Origin: a virus | Reading direction: 5' to 3' (one strand) | Virus record (IMG/VR): IMGVR_UViG_3300028578_000003 | Coordinates: 64,001-128,000 of that record | DNA: 64,000 nt | Shown: positions 1 to 9,058 of the stretch, piece by piece | Layout: every line of letters starts with the position of its first letter | How positions within the stretch are numbered: the stretch's first letter is position 1 | The notes under the pieces: model-generated | The model's input: only the letters and a program-made list of their open reading frames with translations | What the model was told of the DNA's origin: nothing | Database searches by the model: none | Translations under genes and position numbers: made by a program

Positions 1-2
1 AT

Positions 3-422
3 GAGGGGCACCGATACAGCCTGACGGATTGTTTCATCCGTAGCTGCGCGGTGTTCCCCGCACACGGCGACGGCCTCCAGGCGGACGGATCTGACGGCCC
101 ACTGGACCTTTTCCATTGCACCGTTGACATGCGGGGCACCAACAGCACCGCGTGCGTGTTTTGGGGCGACTTCGCCACCATTCCGGACGGCCACGACGGC
201 GCCATCCTTGATGGTTGCCTGTTCGTCGGCGAGGAGTACTTTGGCACCAAGATGAGCCAGGGTGTCCGGCACCAGATCCGCGACTGCGTCTACGTCGGCT
301 GGGATGTCGGCGGCGAAAACGACGCCGCCTTCAACGCCAACATCTCCGTCTTCGAAAACAACCGGGTCGGGACGATAACCGGCGACTACGAGGTGACGGT
401 CGGCGACCTGTTGGCCGCGTAG
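3..422 (+). CDS. 5'-truncated right-handed beta-helix (pectin lyase-like) protein, probable virion accessory
   Basis: Frame is open from position 3; HGDGLQ motif and alternating beta-helix-like pattern (AILDGCLF, IRDCVY, FENNR). Confidence 0.55.
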   Translation, partial: EGHRYSLTDCFIRSCAVFPAHGDGLQADGSDGPLDLFHCTVDMRGTNSTACVFWGDFATIPDGHDGAILDGCLFVGEEYFGTKMSQGVRHQIRDCVYVGWDVGGENDAAFNANISVFENNRVGTITGDYEVTVGDLLAA

Positions 423-436
423 GGAGGGGTGCAGGT

Positions 437-1348
437 ATGCCGGTCGCGATTCATTACAGCCGCCACTTCAACCCCGTCCTGGCCGGTGCCCCCGCCGCCG
501 CGTTCACCCTGGGCACTCAGGTCGGCGTCCCCACCGGTACGTCGCTGACACCGACCGAGGATCTACCGTCCCCCGACGCTACCGAGACGATCACTCTCAC
601 CCATCCGGTCACCGGCGCCACCCGCGACGTCGAGGTGCTGGTGTGGCAGGACCGATTGTGGACGGACCGGCTCAGCCTGTCGCCCGGCGTTGGGGAGACG
701 TACCTGTTCCGCCGCTGCGAATGGGATGTGACCGGCGGCGGCGGCAACTTCTTCGCCGTCGACGTCGACCCGACCAACGGGGCCGAAGACCAGATGGAGC
801 CGCTGGTCATCATGCGGGACTGCACCTTGCTGGGTACGTTGACCGACCGGGTCCTGCACGCCAGTCACATGTGGCTGGAACGCACACATGTGGAGGGCAC
901 CGACGACGCCTGGTACGGCATGTCCCACTCGGTGGCGGCGGTGTGCAACTTCATCGCGCGGGCGGGCGCGGAGGGCTCACACTGCGACGCTGTGCAGTCG
1001 GTCGCCGGTGGAAACTTCACCCTGTGGCGGCCGTGGATGGAGGCCGAGGAAGCCTTCCCCGAGGCGGCGGAGGCGACCAGCAACGCGGCACTACGCATCG
1101 GGACCGACGTCGCTGCGATCGATGGCGTGACGGTCCGGTACGCGGGCCTGTCCGGTGGCGGGTACTCGCTGCAGGTGCGAGGCGACCCGCCACTCCTGGT
1201 CTCCAATGTGGACGTTCAGGGGTGTCGGTGGCTGGATGACGCACGCTTCGGCCCGGTCGACTTCGGTGAGCCCGGTGAGGTCACCGACGTGACCTGGAGC
1301 GACAACGCGTACGTGCTCGGCGGCGACACCATCACATCGCCGGTCTGA
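437..1348 (+). CDS. Right-handed beta-helix protein, probable virion accessory/carbohydrate-interacting protein
   Basis: ATG at 437 after GGGAGG; TQVGVPTGTSLTP, HCDAVQ, LSGGGYSL motifs typical of actinobacterial beta-helix proteins. Confidence 0.6.
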   Translation: MPVAIHYSRHFNPVLAGAPAAAFTLGTQVGVPTGTSLTPTEDLPSPDATETITLTHPVTGATRDVEVLVWQDRLWTDRLSLSPGVGETYLFRRCEWDVTGGGGNFFAVDVDPTNGAEDQMEPLVIMRDCTLLGTLTDRVLHASHMWLERTHVEGTDDAWYGMSHSVAAVCNFIARAGAEGSHCDAVQSVAGGNFTLWRPWMEAEEAFPEAAEATSNAALRIGTDVAAIDGVTVRYAGLSGGGYSLQVRGDPPLLVSNVDVQGCRWLDDARFGPVDFGEPGEVTDVTWSDNAYVLGGDTITSPV

Positions 1349-1389
1349 CCTTCCCCTGTCGGGCACAGCCGGGATGGGGGTGATCCGCC

Positions 1390-4300
1390 GTGGCCGTCCG
1401 TCACCTTGACGGGACCAACGACCGAATCCTCTGCAACCTCGGCTCAGGCGCGGTCGGTGCGATGACCTACGCGGCGTTCATCAAACGCGGCGCTGACAAC
1501 GCGTGGCACCACGTCATGGGCCTGCACACGACCGCTGGCGCGCAGAACGTTACGGCTCTTGAGATCAGTGGTGGCAACAACCGCCTGAACTACAACGTGG
1601 ACTCCGGCAGCGGCGGAGTGGAATCGCCGATCACGGTCACCGTCTCCGACGGTTGGGTGGTCGTAGCTGTCACCAAGGCCACTGGAACCGCCACACCACG
1701 GTTCCACAAGGTTGTTCCCGGCGGGTCGGCGGAGCACGAGGACGCCTTCGGCACGGCCGTCAACGCCGCCCGTACCCCGGCCTGCTGGAGCATCGGCGAG
1801 TGGGAGGGCACCGACGACTTCAACGGGCGGATCGCGGTCGTCGCGGCGTGGAACTCGGTGCTTACCAACGGACAGATCGAGGCGCTAGCCGGATCCGAAC
1901 AAGCCTGGATTGACGCCGACCCGGACACGCTGCTGCTGCTCGACCAGGCGTCAACCGCGACGCCCGTCGTGGACCTGACCGGCGGCGGCGCCGACGAAAC
2001 CGCGCTCACCGGCACGTCGGTGATCGACGGCGACGACCCGCCCGGCTTCGGCAGCGCGCCCATCCGCCTCGCCGTCGAGACGAGCCCGTGGGTGAATAGC
2101 GCGGTATTCACGCACACGCTGGACGCGGTCGCCCGGGTCGATGACGTGCTCTACGTGGCCCACTACACGCAGGGCAGCGGCGGCGCCAACATGCTCGAAC
2201 CGACGAGCCCCGCCGGCACCTGGAACCTGCTGGGGACCGCCAGCGAAGTGGGTTGGGCACCCGCCATCAAGCTCTGGTCGATCAAGCTGACCAGCGGCAA
2301 CATCGACGGCGGGCACCCCACGATCACGATCCCGCAGAACGGCGCGAGCTCCCACCGGGCCGACATCCTGCTGGCCCGAAACGCCTCGGAAACCCCCGAG
2401 GACGTCCAGGTCTCGACCGGGGACAGCACATCCGGGCATGTCACGCCGGCCGCCGATGCGGACACCGTCGGCGCGATCGTGTGGCGTCAGGTGGTCACCC
2501 GCGGCGGCGACACCGGCACCTACGACTGGCCCACTTCGGCGGAGAAGACCGACTCGGCCACCGGCTCCGGATCCGGCGGCGGTGTCGCCTCCTCGGCCAC
2601 CAGGACCAGCTCCGCGACCGGGTCGCAAGGCACCGAGACCGTCACCGGATCCGCTGTCACCGCGTGGGGCGAGAACGCGGCCGCCACCCTCACCATCGGC
2701 TCGGCGACTGCGGACACCCAGGCGGCGGCCGGGAACGCGGCGGCCACGGGCACCGCGTACCAGGCGACCGTCTCCACCAACCAGATCCACAAGGCCGGCG
2801 ACCGGGGCTCCGCGCAGAACCTGACCTCCGAGACGTCCACGCTGGTCGACCTGCCGTCCGGGTCGCAGATCGCCGTCGGGTCGTTCCTGGTCGCCCGGGT
2901 CGCGGCCGACAACGCCGGCACCAACGGCGCCGCCGTCACGCTCACGGTCACCGACCCGCGGTCACACACGTGGACGATCCTCGGGCCGGCCAACGCCGAC
3001 CCTGGGGCGGCCAACGCCGGCGCCACCTGCTGGATCGCCTACACCCAGGTCGTCACCGCCTACTCCGACGGCGACGACCTGACCGTCGGGTACAGCGGTG
3101 TGAGCGTGCCCGCGAAAGCGATCGTGGTCGAGGAGTGGCGCAACATCGGCGGCGTCGCCGTGGCGGCGACCACGGCCACCGGCGCGTCCGGCACACCGTC
3201 GATCTCCCGAACCCCCACCGCCGCCCTGCAGCTGCTGTACACGGCGATGGCGGTGGAGGGCCCGGCCGGCGACACGTACACGCAGGACTCCGACACCACC
3301 GACGGGTCGTGGGCGACGAACACGAGCCTGTCCACGGCGTCGGGTACGGCCGCGTCGAACCAGACGATCCGCGGCGCCTACAAGATCGTGTCCGGGACCG
3401 GGGCGCAGACGTGGAATCCGACGATCACGTCCCGGGACTGGGCGGCGGTCGCGGTCGTCTTCGCGCTGGCTGTTCATGCGCCGGCTGGTGCGGCGGCCGG
3501 GTCCGGTACCGCGTATGACGCGACCGTGTCCACCGCCGGGGGTGTCAGCCCGAACGCCGGCACGGCCACCGGCACAGGTGTGGCGCATGGCGCGGCAGCG
3601 TCGGTGGCGGCCAACGCTGGTCACGCGGCCGGAACCGGTGTCGCGCACGCGGCGTCGACGTCGGTGGCGGCCGGCGCCGGCGCCGCCTCCGCTACCGGGG
3701 TGGCGCACTTCGAGCCGGGGACCAGCATCAGCGTCACCCTGATCGCGGACAGCCCGGTCGAGGCGACCGGCACCGCCTACGACGCCACCGTGAGCACCGC
3801 CGTGGACGTCGAGACGAACGCCGGTGCGGCCACCGCGGCGGGTGTCGCGCATGGGCCGTCGACGTCGGTCGCGGCCGGCGCCGGCACGGTCACCGGCACA
3901 GGTGTGGCGCATGGCGCGGCAGCGTCGGTGGCGGCCAACGCTGGTCACGCGGCCGGAACCGGTGTCGCGCACGCGGCGTCGACGCCGGTCGCGACCGGCG
4001 CCAGCACGGCCACCGGCACAGGTGTGGCGCATGGCGCGGCAGCGTCGGTCTCGGCAGGCCCCGGTACAGCCACTGCGGCGGGTGTCGCGCATGGGCCGTC
4101 GACGTCGGTCGCGACCAACACTGGTGCGGCCACCGGCACCGGGGTGGCGCACTTCGAGCCGGGCACCAGCATCAGCCTCACCCTGATCGCGGACAGCCCG
4201 GTCGAGGCGACCGGCACCGCCTACGACGCCACCGTGAGCTCGAGCGCGGTCGTTCACGCCGATGCCGGGCACGCGACCGGAACCGGTGTCGCCCACGCGG

Positions 4301-4707
4301 CGTCGACGTCGGTCGCGGCGACCGCTGGGTTTGCCGCCGGCTCCGGCGCCGCGCAGGACGCCACGGCGACGTCGGCGCCAACCGTCGGTGCGGCCGCCGA
4401 GCCAGCCGGCGCGGTCGGGGCGGCGCACGGGGCGACCGTCCACGCCGCGGTGGGTGCCGGGCCCGCCGGGGCGACCGGCGCCGCGTACGGGGCCACCGTG
4501 TCGGCGGGCGCGGTAGTTGAGGTAGAGGCACAGCACGCCGGTGCGGTCGGGACCTCCGGACCGGCCACGGTCGCGGTCGCGGTCCTCGCCGGGGTCGCGG
4601 CCGGGACGGGCGCCGCGGCGGCGCCGGCACAGCGGGGCGCGGTCCGCGCCTACCCGCACCGCATCACCAACACCACCGAGGTGGCCGCCGTGAGGAGGAC
4701 CGTATGA
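1390..4707 (+). CDS. Large virion fibre-like protein: N-terminal LamG/concanavalin-like domain, beta-rich middle domains, C-terminal Ala/Gly/Thr ~20-aa repeats
   Basis: LDGTND...FNGRIAVVAAWNSVLTNGQIEAL (LamG-like); AGxATGTGVAHGxxxSV repeats; overlaps adaptor start (ATGA). Confidence 0.7.
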   Translation: MAVRHLDGTNDRILCNLGSGAVGAMTYAAFIKRGADNAWHHVMGLHTTAGAQNVTALEISGGNNRLNYNVDSGSGGVESPITVTVSDGWVVVAVTKATGTATPRFHKVVPGGSAEHEDAFGTAVNAARTPACWSIGEWEGTDDFNGRIAVVAAWNSVLTNGQIEALAGSEQAWIDADPDTLLLLDQASTATPVVDLTGGGADETALTGTSVIDGDDPPGFGSAPIRLAVETSPWVNSAVFTHTLDAVARVDDVLYVAHYTQGSGGANMLEPTSPAGTWNLLGTASEVGWAPAIKLWSIKLTSGNIDGGHPTITIPQNGASSHRADILLARNASETPEDVQVSTGDSTSGHVTPAADADTVGAIVWRQVVTRGGDTGTYDWPTSAEKTDSATGSGSGGGVASSATRTSSATGSQGTETVTGSAVTAWGENAAATLTIGSATADTQAAAGNAAATGTAYQATVSTNQIHKAGDRGSAQNLTSETSTLVDLPSGSQIAVGSFLVARVAADNAGTNGAAVTLTVTDPRSHTWTILGPANADPGAANAGATCWIAYTQVVTAYSDGDDLTVGYSGVSVPAKAIVVEEWRNIGGVAVAATTATGASGTPSISRTPTAALQLLYTAMAVEGPAGDTYTQDSDTTDGSWATNTSLSTASGTAASNQTIRGAYKIVSGTGAQTWNPTITSRDWAAVAVVFALAVHAPAGAAAGSGTAYDATVSTAGGVSPNAGTATGTGVAHGAAASVAANAGHAAGTGVAHAASTSVAAGAGAASATGVAHFEPGTSISVTLIADSPVEATGTAYDATVSTAVDVETNAGAATAAGVAHGPSTSVAAGAGTVTGTGVAHGAAASVAANAGHAAGTGVAHAASTPVATGASTATGTGVAHGAAASVSAGPGTATAAGVAHGPSTSVATNTGAATGTGVAHFEPGTSISLTLIADSPVEATGTAYDATVSSSAVVHADAGHATGTGVAHAASTSVAATAGFAAGSGAAQDATATSAPTVGAAAEPAGAVGAAHGATVHAAVGAGPAGATGAAYGATVSAGAVVEVEAQHAGAVGTSGPATVAVAVLAGVAAGTGAAAAPAQRGAVRAYPHRITNTTEVAAVRRTV
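3540..4320 (+). repeat. Intragenic tandem/dispersed repeats (~60-bp units and two ~100-bp duplications)
   Basis: 3557-3665 vs 3881-3989 near identical; HFEPGTSISxTLIADSPVEATGTAYDATVS block at ~3697-3795 and ~4141-4239. Confidence 0.9.
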
Positions 4708-5411
4708 GCGGGGTCGTCGACGTCGGTGAGGCCTTGGAGCTGACCTTTGAGGCCTCACCCAGCGCGCTGGTGACCGCCAGCTGGCTGGACCCGGACCAGA
4801 TGCCGGTCATCGACGCCGAGGAGGTGGTGGAGAACCCGGCGGCCAGCGGGAAGTACCCCAAGACGTTCGTGCCGACCGTCGCCGGTGTGTGGACGGCCAT
4901 GTTCCTGGGGCCCGGCCAGCCGCAAACGTACTGGATCCGGGCCCGGGCGTTGCTCGGGCCGCTGCCGTTCGCGGTGGTCGGCGACGTCCGGGACCAGTTT
5001 GGGTCGATGACCACCGCGCAGGAGGGCCTGGCGGGGCACCTGGTGCGGGCGGCGTCGGCGCTGCTGCGCCATCAGGTGCCCGAGCTGCAGGCGAACGTCA
5101 CGGCCGGGAAGGTCGACGCGGAGGTCGCCGCGCTCGCCGCGACCAACATGGTCCTGCGTGTGATGCGTAACCCGCAGGGGTTGCGGGCCGAGACCACGGG
5201 CCCGTTCTCGCGCACGTACGACACGACGGCGGCGGCCGGGTTGCTGGTCGTCACCAAGGATGAGCTCGCCGCGGTCACCCCGGTCGAGGAACCAGCACCG
5301 TTGCCCGACGGGTTGGGTGGGCTGGGTATCGGCACGATCCGGGTCGTGCCGGGCATGGCGCCGCCGGTGGACCGGGCGTTCTGGATCGGTGGTCCGCGTG
5401 GCGGTTACTGA
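4704..5411 (+). CDS. Head-to-tail adaptor (actinophage Gp19/Gp15/Gp42-like) with N-terminal Ig-like extension
   Basis: MVLRVMRNPQGLRAETTGPFSRTY motif; position before stopper. Confidence 0.85.
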   Translation: MSGVVDVGEALELTFEASPSALVTASWLDPDQMPVIDAEEVVENPAASGKYPKTFVPTVAGVWTAMFLGPGQPQTYWIRARALLGPLPFAVVGDVRDQFGSMTTAQEGLAGHLVRAASALLRHQVPELQANVTAGKVDAEVAALAATNMVLRVMRNPQGLRAETTGPFSRTYDTTAAAGLLVVTKDELAAVTPVEEPAPLPDGLGGLGIGTIRVVPGMAPPVDRAFWIGGPRGGY

Positions 5412-5727
5412 GACGGTGACTGTGCTGCGCCGACCACTGAGGGACAACTTCGGGAACCGGCCGGCCGGGTCGACCCCGCAGTGGGATGTGCCCGGCTGCC
5501 AGTTCGCGCCCGGGCCATCGCAGGAGATGGGCGCCGGCGGCGGCCAGGTGGACAGCGACGGAACGATCTACGGCCCGCCGGTCACGGACATCAACGCGAT
5601 CGTCCCGGACGGCATCAAGGCGACCGACGAGATCCGGGTCCGTGGCGTCGACTACCAGGTCGTCGGCGAGGTCCGGGACTGGGGTGCGTCCGGGTCGGTG
5701 ATCGTCCTCAAGCGCGTCGTCGGCTGA
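5398..5727 (+). CDS. Head-to-tail stopper
   Basis: TVTVLRR..RDNFGN...GCQFAP...DEIRVRG..YQVVGE..DW; synteny. Confidence 0.8.
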   Translation: MAVTETVTVLRRPLRDNFGNRPAGSTPQWDVPGCQFAPGPSQEMGAGGGQVDSDGTIYGPPVTDINAIVPDGIKATDEIRVRGVDYQVVGEVRDWGASGSVIVLKRVVG

Positions 5728-5752
5728 GCCGCCCCTGACCGTTGGCCCGTCG

Positions 5753-6283
5753 ATGGAGGTGGTCGCCGTGGCGAAGCGAAAGTCGAAGCGGATCTACTTC
5801 GGACCGACGGATCTGCGTAACCGGCGGGTGACGGCGTACAGCTCCCCCAGGCTGATCGTCGAGTTTGAGATGAACCGGCGCGGTATCGCGCGGATCGCGG
5901 TCTCGCAGCCGCTGCGGGACGCCACCCGGTCGCTGGTGGTGAACCATGCGATGCCGTACGCGATCTCGATCTCGCCGCACGGCGACACGTTGGAGTACGT
6001 GTCGAGCTGGCGGCCGGCCGAGGGGTTCACGGTGATCGCGGGGATGCGCCGCGCGTCCTGCAAGTTGATCAACGTGTCGGGTCACGCGGCGGCGGTCGAG
6101 TGGATTAGCCCGCGTGGCTTCGGGCGCGGCTACGCCGTGTTGGGTCGCACGTTGGCGCACTTGAACTCGACGTCGCCGATCGCGTTGGCCCGCGCCGCGC
6201 GGGCCGCGAGTCGTAAGCCGTGGAACCCGGATCTGCACTACCGCGGGGCCGCCGGTCGGTTCGCTAAGCGGCCAAGCCCGTAG
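5753..6283 (+). CDS. Tail completion/neck protein (HK97 gp10-like position)
   Basis: Synteny between stopper and terminator; N.SGHAAAVEW motif. Confidence 0.55.
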   Translation: MEVVAVAKRKSKRIYFGPTDLRNRRVTAYSSPRLIVEFEMNRRGIARIAVSQPLRDATRSLVVNHAMPYAISISPHGDTLEYVSSWRPAEGFTVIAGMRRASCKLINVSGHAAAVEWISPRGFGRGYAVLGRTLAHLNSTSPIALARAARAASRKPWNPDLHYRGAAGRFAKRPSP

Positions 6284-6401
6284 GTAGACCCCGGGCCGCC
6301 CCCAGCGCCCGGGCCGGCCGTCTTACCGCATCCGCGGCGGGGGCCTCAGCGCCGCTGAGGCTGGCACGCCGATCGTAATCCGGCCGGTGAGGGGGTGGCG
6401 A

Positions 6402-6812
6402 TTGAGCAGCCCTGTGGAGCGTGATTTCCCGAACATGGAGCGGCTGCTGTCGGCCGTGTTCGCGGCGCAGTTGGGTGGCCTCGAGCACGTCGGTAACCAG
6501 ACGCCGCCGGACTTGGAGGCGGTGCTGCCGTTCGCCCGGACCGTGCGGACCGGGGGGCCGCGTACGGCCACGATGGACTTCCCGACCGTCGAGGTTGATG
6601 TGTTCGCCGTCGACGAGGCGGCCTGTTCGCCGCTGGCTTCGAGGCTGGCGAACCTGTTGCTGGCCAAGCCGCCGCCGCATCCGTCGATCGACCTGGTGAT
6701 TTGTGACCCGTCGTTTCGTGAGCTGCCGTGGGGCGCCAACGAGAACGTGTACCGGCTGGGCGCGACCTTCTACATCGAGACCCGCATGGTCCGGGTCGTG
6801 CCGCTGCCTTGA
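6402..6812 (+). CDS. Tail terminator protein
   Basis: FPNME...LPFARTVRTGG...D.PTVEVDVFA; directly upstream of major tail. Confidence 0.8.
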   Translation: MSSPVERDFPNMERLLSAVFAAQLGGLEHVGNQTPPDLEAVLPFARTVRTGGPRTATMDFPTVEVDVFAVDEAACSPLASRLANLLLAKPPPHPSIDLVICDPSFRELPWGANENVYRLGATFYIETRMVRVVPLP

Positions 6813-6911
6813 GATTTCCCCGGGCTGGTGCCCGGTGGAGGCCCACCCGCCTTTCACCCCGCCCCGCCTGTCGGGGCAACACCCTGCCTCGACCTGAAAG
6901 GGGACGAGTCA

Positions 6912-7577
6912 ATGGCATTGTTCGATGACCTAGCCGTCAAGAAGAACGAGCTGATCCGGCGGGCCAAGACCGGGTCGGTGTTCGTAGCGGCCATGTCGGT
7001 GGCGATTCCGGCCGCGTGGACGTCCGGCGCCAGCGGCGACCTGATCGCCCTGGATCCGGAGGACTGGACCGACCTGGGGTGGACGAACACCGACGGTGTC
7101 GAGTTCCCCCGGGAGACGGAGTCGGTCGACATGAACAGCTTCGGGTCGTCTGAGCCGACCCGAAGCGACGTGACGCGTGACGAGATCTCGATGAACGTCA
7201 CCGCCCAAGAGACGAAGTTGATCACGATCGGCATCACTACAGGTGCCGATACGGCCGCTATCGAGGCGGCGGCGGTCACCGGCGAAGTGAAGATCAACAA
7301 GCCGGCGAAGCCGCGCCTGCGGTTCTACCGCACGCTGGGGCTGTTCCTCGACCACGACGACAACGGCGACGAAATCTACTTCGGCCGATTCATGCCGCGC
7401 GCCCAGGTCAACGACTTCGGAAGCCAGACGTACAGCGACGACGAGACCGGAATCTCGTACCCCATGACATTCCGGGGCAAAGAGGACAGCACGGCCGGGT
7501 ACGCGCACCAATGGTGGTGGGGCGGAAAAGGCTGGCTGGCCCTGCTCTCCGACATGGGCATCCCGCAGGCCACCTGA
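6912..7577 (+). CDS. Major tail protein
   Basis: WTDLGW.NTDGVEF.RETES.DMNSFGSSEPTRSDV, PRAQV; actinophage tail tube pattern. Confidence 0.88.
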   Translation: MALFDDLAVKKNELIRRAKTGSVFVAAMSVAIPAAWTSGASGDLIALDPEDWTDLGWTNTDGVEFPRETESVDMNSFGSSEPTRSDVTRDEISMNVTAQETKLITIGITTGADTAAIEAAAVTGEVKINKPAKPRLRFYRTLGLFLDHDDNGDEIYFGRFMPRAQVNDFGSQTYSDDETGISYPMTFRGKEDSTAGYAHQWWWGGKGWLALLSDMGIPQAT

Positions 7578-7597
7578 TCTCGTCGCCTTCGTGAACC

Positions 7598-7637
7598 GGA
7601 CCGGGGCGACGTCCGGGTGGGCGCGTCGCCCCGGTCC
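7598..7637 (+). terminator. Stem-loop after major tail gene
   Basis: 14-bp IR GGACCGGGGCGACG / CGTCGCCCCGGTCC. Confidence 0.65.
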
Positions 7638-7681
7638 TCAACAACCTCAAGCCCCACCACCGCCCAAGAGAGGCACGCCCG

Positions 7682-7969
7682 ATGGCCGAGAGCGCCGAGA
7701 GCGGCAGCGAGCCGCGGACCTTCGTCAAGAAGGTCGGCGACCAGACCCTGACCCGCCGGGTCACCACCCCCCTCAGCGAGGTGGCGGCCCGCTACGACGG
7801 CTACAAGCCCGCCGACGAAACCGACGACCAGGAACCCGCCGCCGCCGGCGGCGAGCGGGAGGTCACGGCCGGCACCGCACAGCCGCCACCCAGCCCACCA
7901 ACCCCGCCGCCGGCGCCCCGGCCCGGGCCGGCCACCCGACCCACCCCGCCAGGAAACTCGCCGAGCTGA
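7682..7969 (+). CDS. Hypothetical protein (Pro-rich C-terminus)
   Basis: GAGAGG RBS, GC3-biased ORF within tail operon. Confidence 0.6.
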   Translation: MAESAESGSEPRTFVKKVGDQTLTRRVTTPLSEVAARYDGYKPADETDDQEPAAAGGEREVTAGTAQPPPSPPTPPPAPRPGPATRPTPPGNSPS

Positions 7970-8018
7970 CCCGCGAACGACCAGTACCTACTCAACCCGA
8001 ACAGGAGCCCACCCGCTC

Positions 8019-8498
8019 ATGACCAGTCCAGACACCCAGCCCGCCACCACGACCGATCCCGACACCCCGCCGCCCGGGGCCCTCCTCGAGGAGCTCGAAG
8101 ACGACGGCGAGTACAAGCCGCCGTTCCTGCGGATCACGGCCTCCTACCCGGTGGTTTCCGGCAGCCCCGAGCACGTCACGGTCGAGATGAACCTCGACGA
8201 CGGCCCCCTTGGTGAGGAGGACCAGCCCGTCGGGGACGGCAGTGGGGGCGTCAAGTCCTGGTTCACCGACTTCTGTACCAACATCGTCCGCGAGTTGCGC
8301 AGCGGTCGGCCGGCGATCGTCGTGGCCATGAACAACACCGGGGTCACACCCGCCCATGTGAGGTCGCTGCTGGAGGAACGGCTGGCGCAGGCGTGCGACC
8401 AGCCCGCCGAGCAGACAGCCGTGGAGGACCCGCGTGCCACCAACGGCGAGCCGGCGCCGACCGACGAGCACGACTCCACTGTGAAGGACGGCCAGTGA
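8019..8498 (+). CDS. Hypothetical acidic protein
   Basis: AGGAG RBS; TGATG coupling to next gene. Confidence 0.65.
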   Translation: MTSPDTQPATTTDPDTPPPGALLEELEDDGEYKPPFLRITASYPVVSGSPEHVTVEMNLDDGPLGEEDQPVGDGSGGVKSWFTDFCTNIVRELRSGRPAIVVAMNNTGVTPAHVRSLLEERLAQACDQPAEQTAVEDPRATNGEPAPTDEHDSTVKDGQ

Positions 8499-9040
8499 TG
8501 GCGGGACCGACCCCAGCGAAGCGGGCCACCGCCCGCAAGACGCCAGCACGCAAAGCCGCCCCAGCGGGCCCGAAGGTCACACTCAACCTCGACACCCTCG
8601 ACAAGGCCAAAGCGTTCCCGGATCTGAAGCTCCCGCGGGTGCCGTTCACCTTCCTGCAGCAGGGAGTCGAGTACGAGCTCGGCGACCCCCGCGACAGCGA
8701 CTGGAAAATGTCGCTGCAGCTGTCCGGCAACCCGTTCCTGCTGATGCGCCACTCGCTGAAGGACGCCGACGAGCCGGTCGACGACCCGACCGAGGACGAG
8801 CTCATGGCGTGCCGGGAACGGCACGGGCTGCCGATGCAGCCGCCCGAGCCGGGCTCCGAGCAGGCCAAGCAGGAGGCCGAAGACTGGCCCGACGGGGTGA
8901 CGGTGGCGCTGATCGACCGGTTCACCGCCTCCTACCTGCCGGGCTGGAAACTCGACGCCCTGTTCAAGAACTGGTACGCCCACTACCAGATCGACCTGAC
9001 CAAGGGCATCCTGCGCGCGCTGCTCGGCAAGTCCGAGTAG
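8498..9040 (+). CDS. Tail assembly chaperone (G-like)
   Basis: LNLDTL, PFTF, LPGWKLDALFKNWYAHY; two genes upstream of tape measure. Confidence 0.75.
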   Translation: MAGPTPAKRATARKTPARKAAPAGPKVTLNLDTLDKAKAFPDLKLPRVPFTFLQQGVEYELGDPRDSDWKMSLQLSGNPFLLMRHSLKDADEPVDDPTEDELMACRERHGLPMQPPEPGSEQAKQEAEDWPDGVTVALIDRFTASYLPGWKLDALFKNWYAHYQIDLTKGILRALLGKSE

Positions 9041-9058
9041 CGCGGCCAGGACCCTGTA

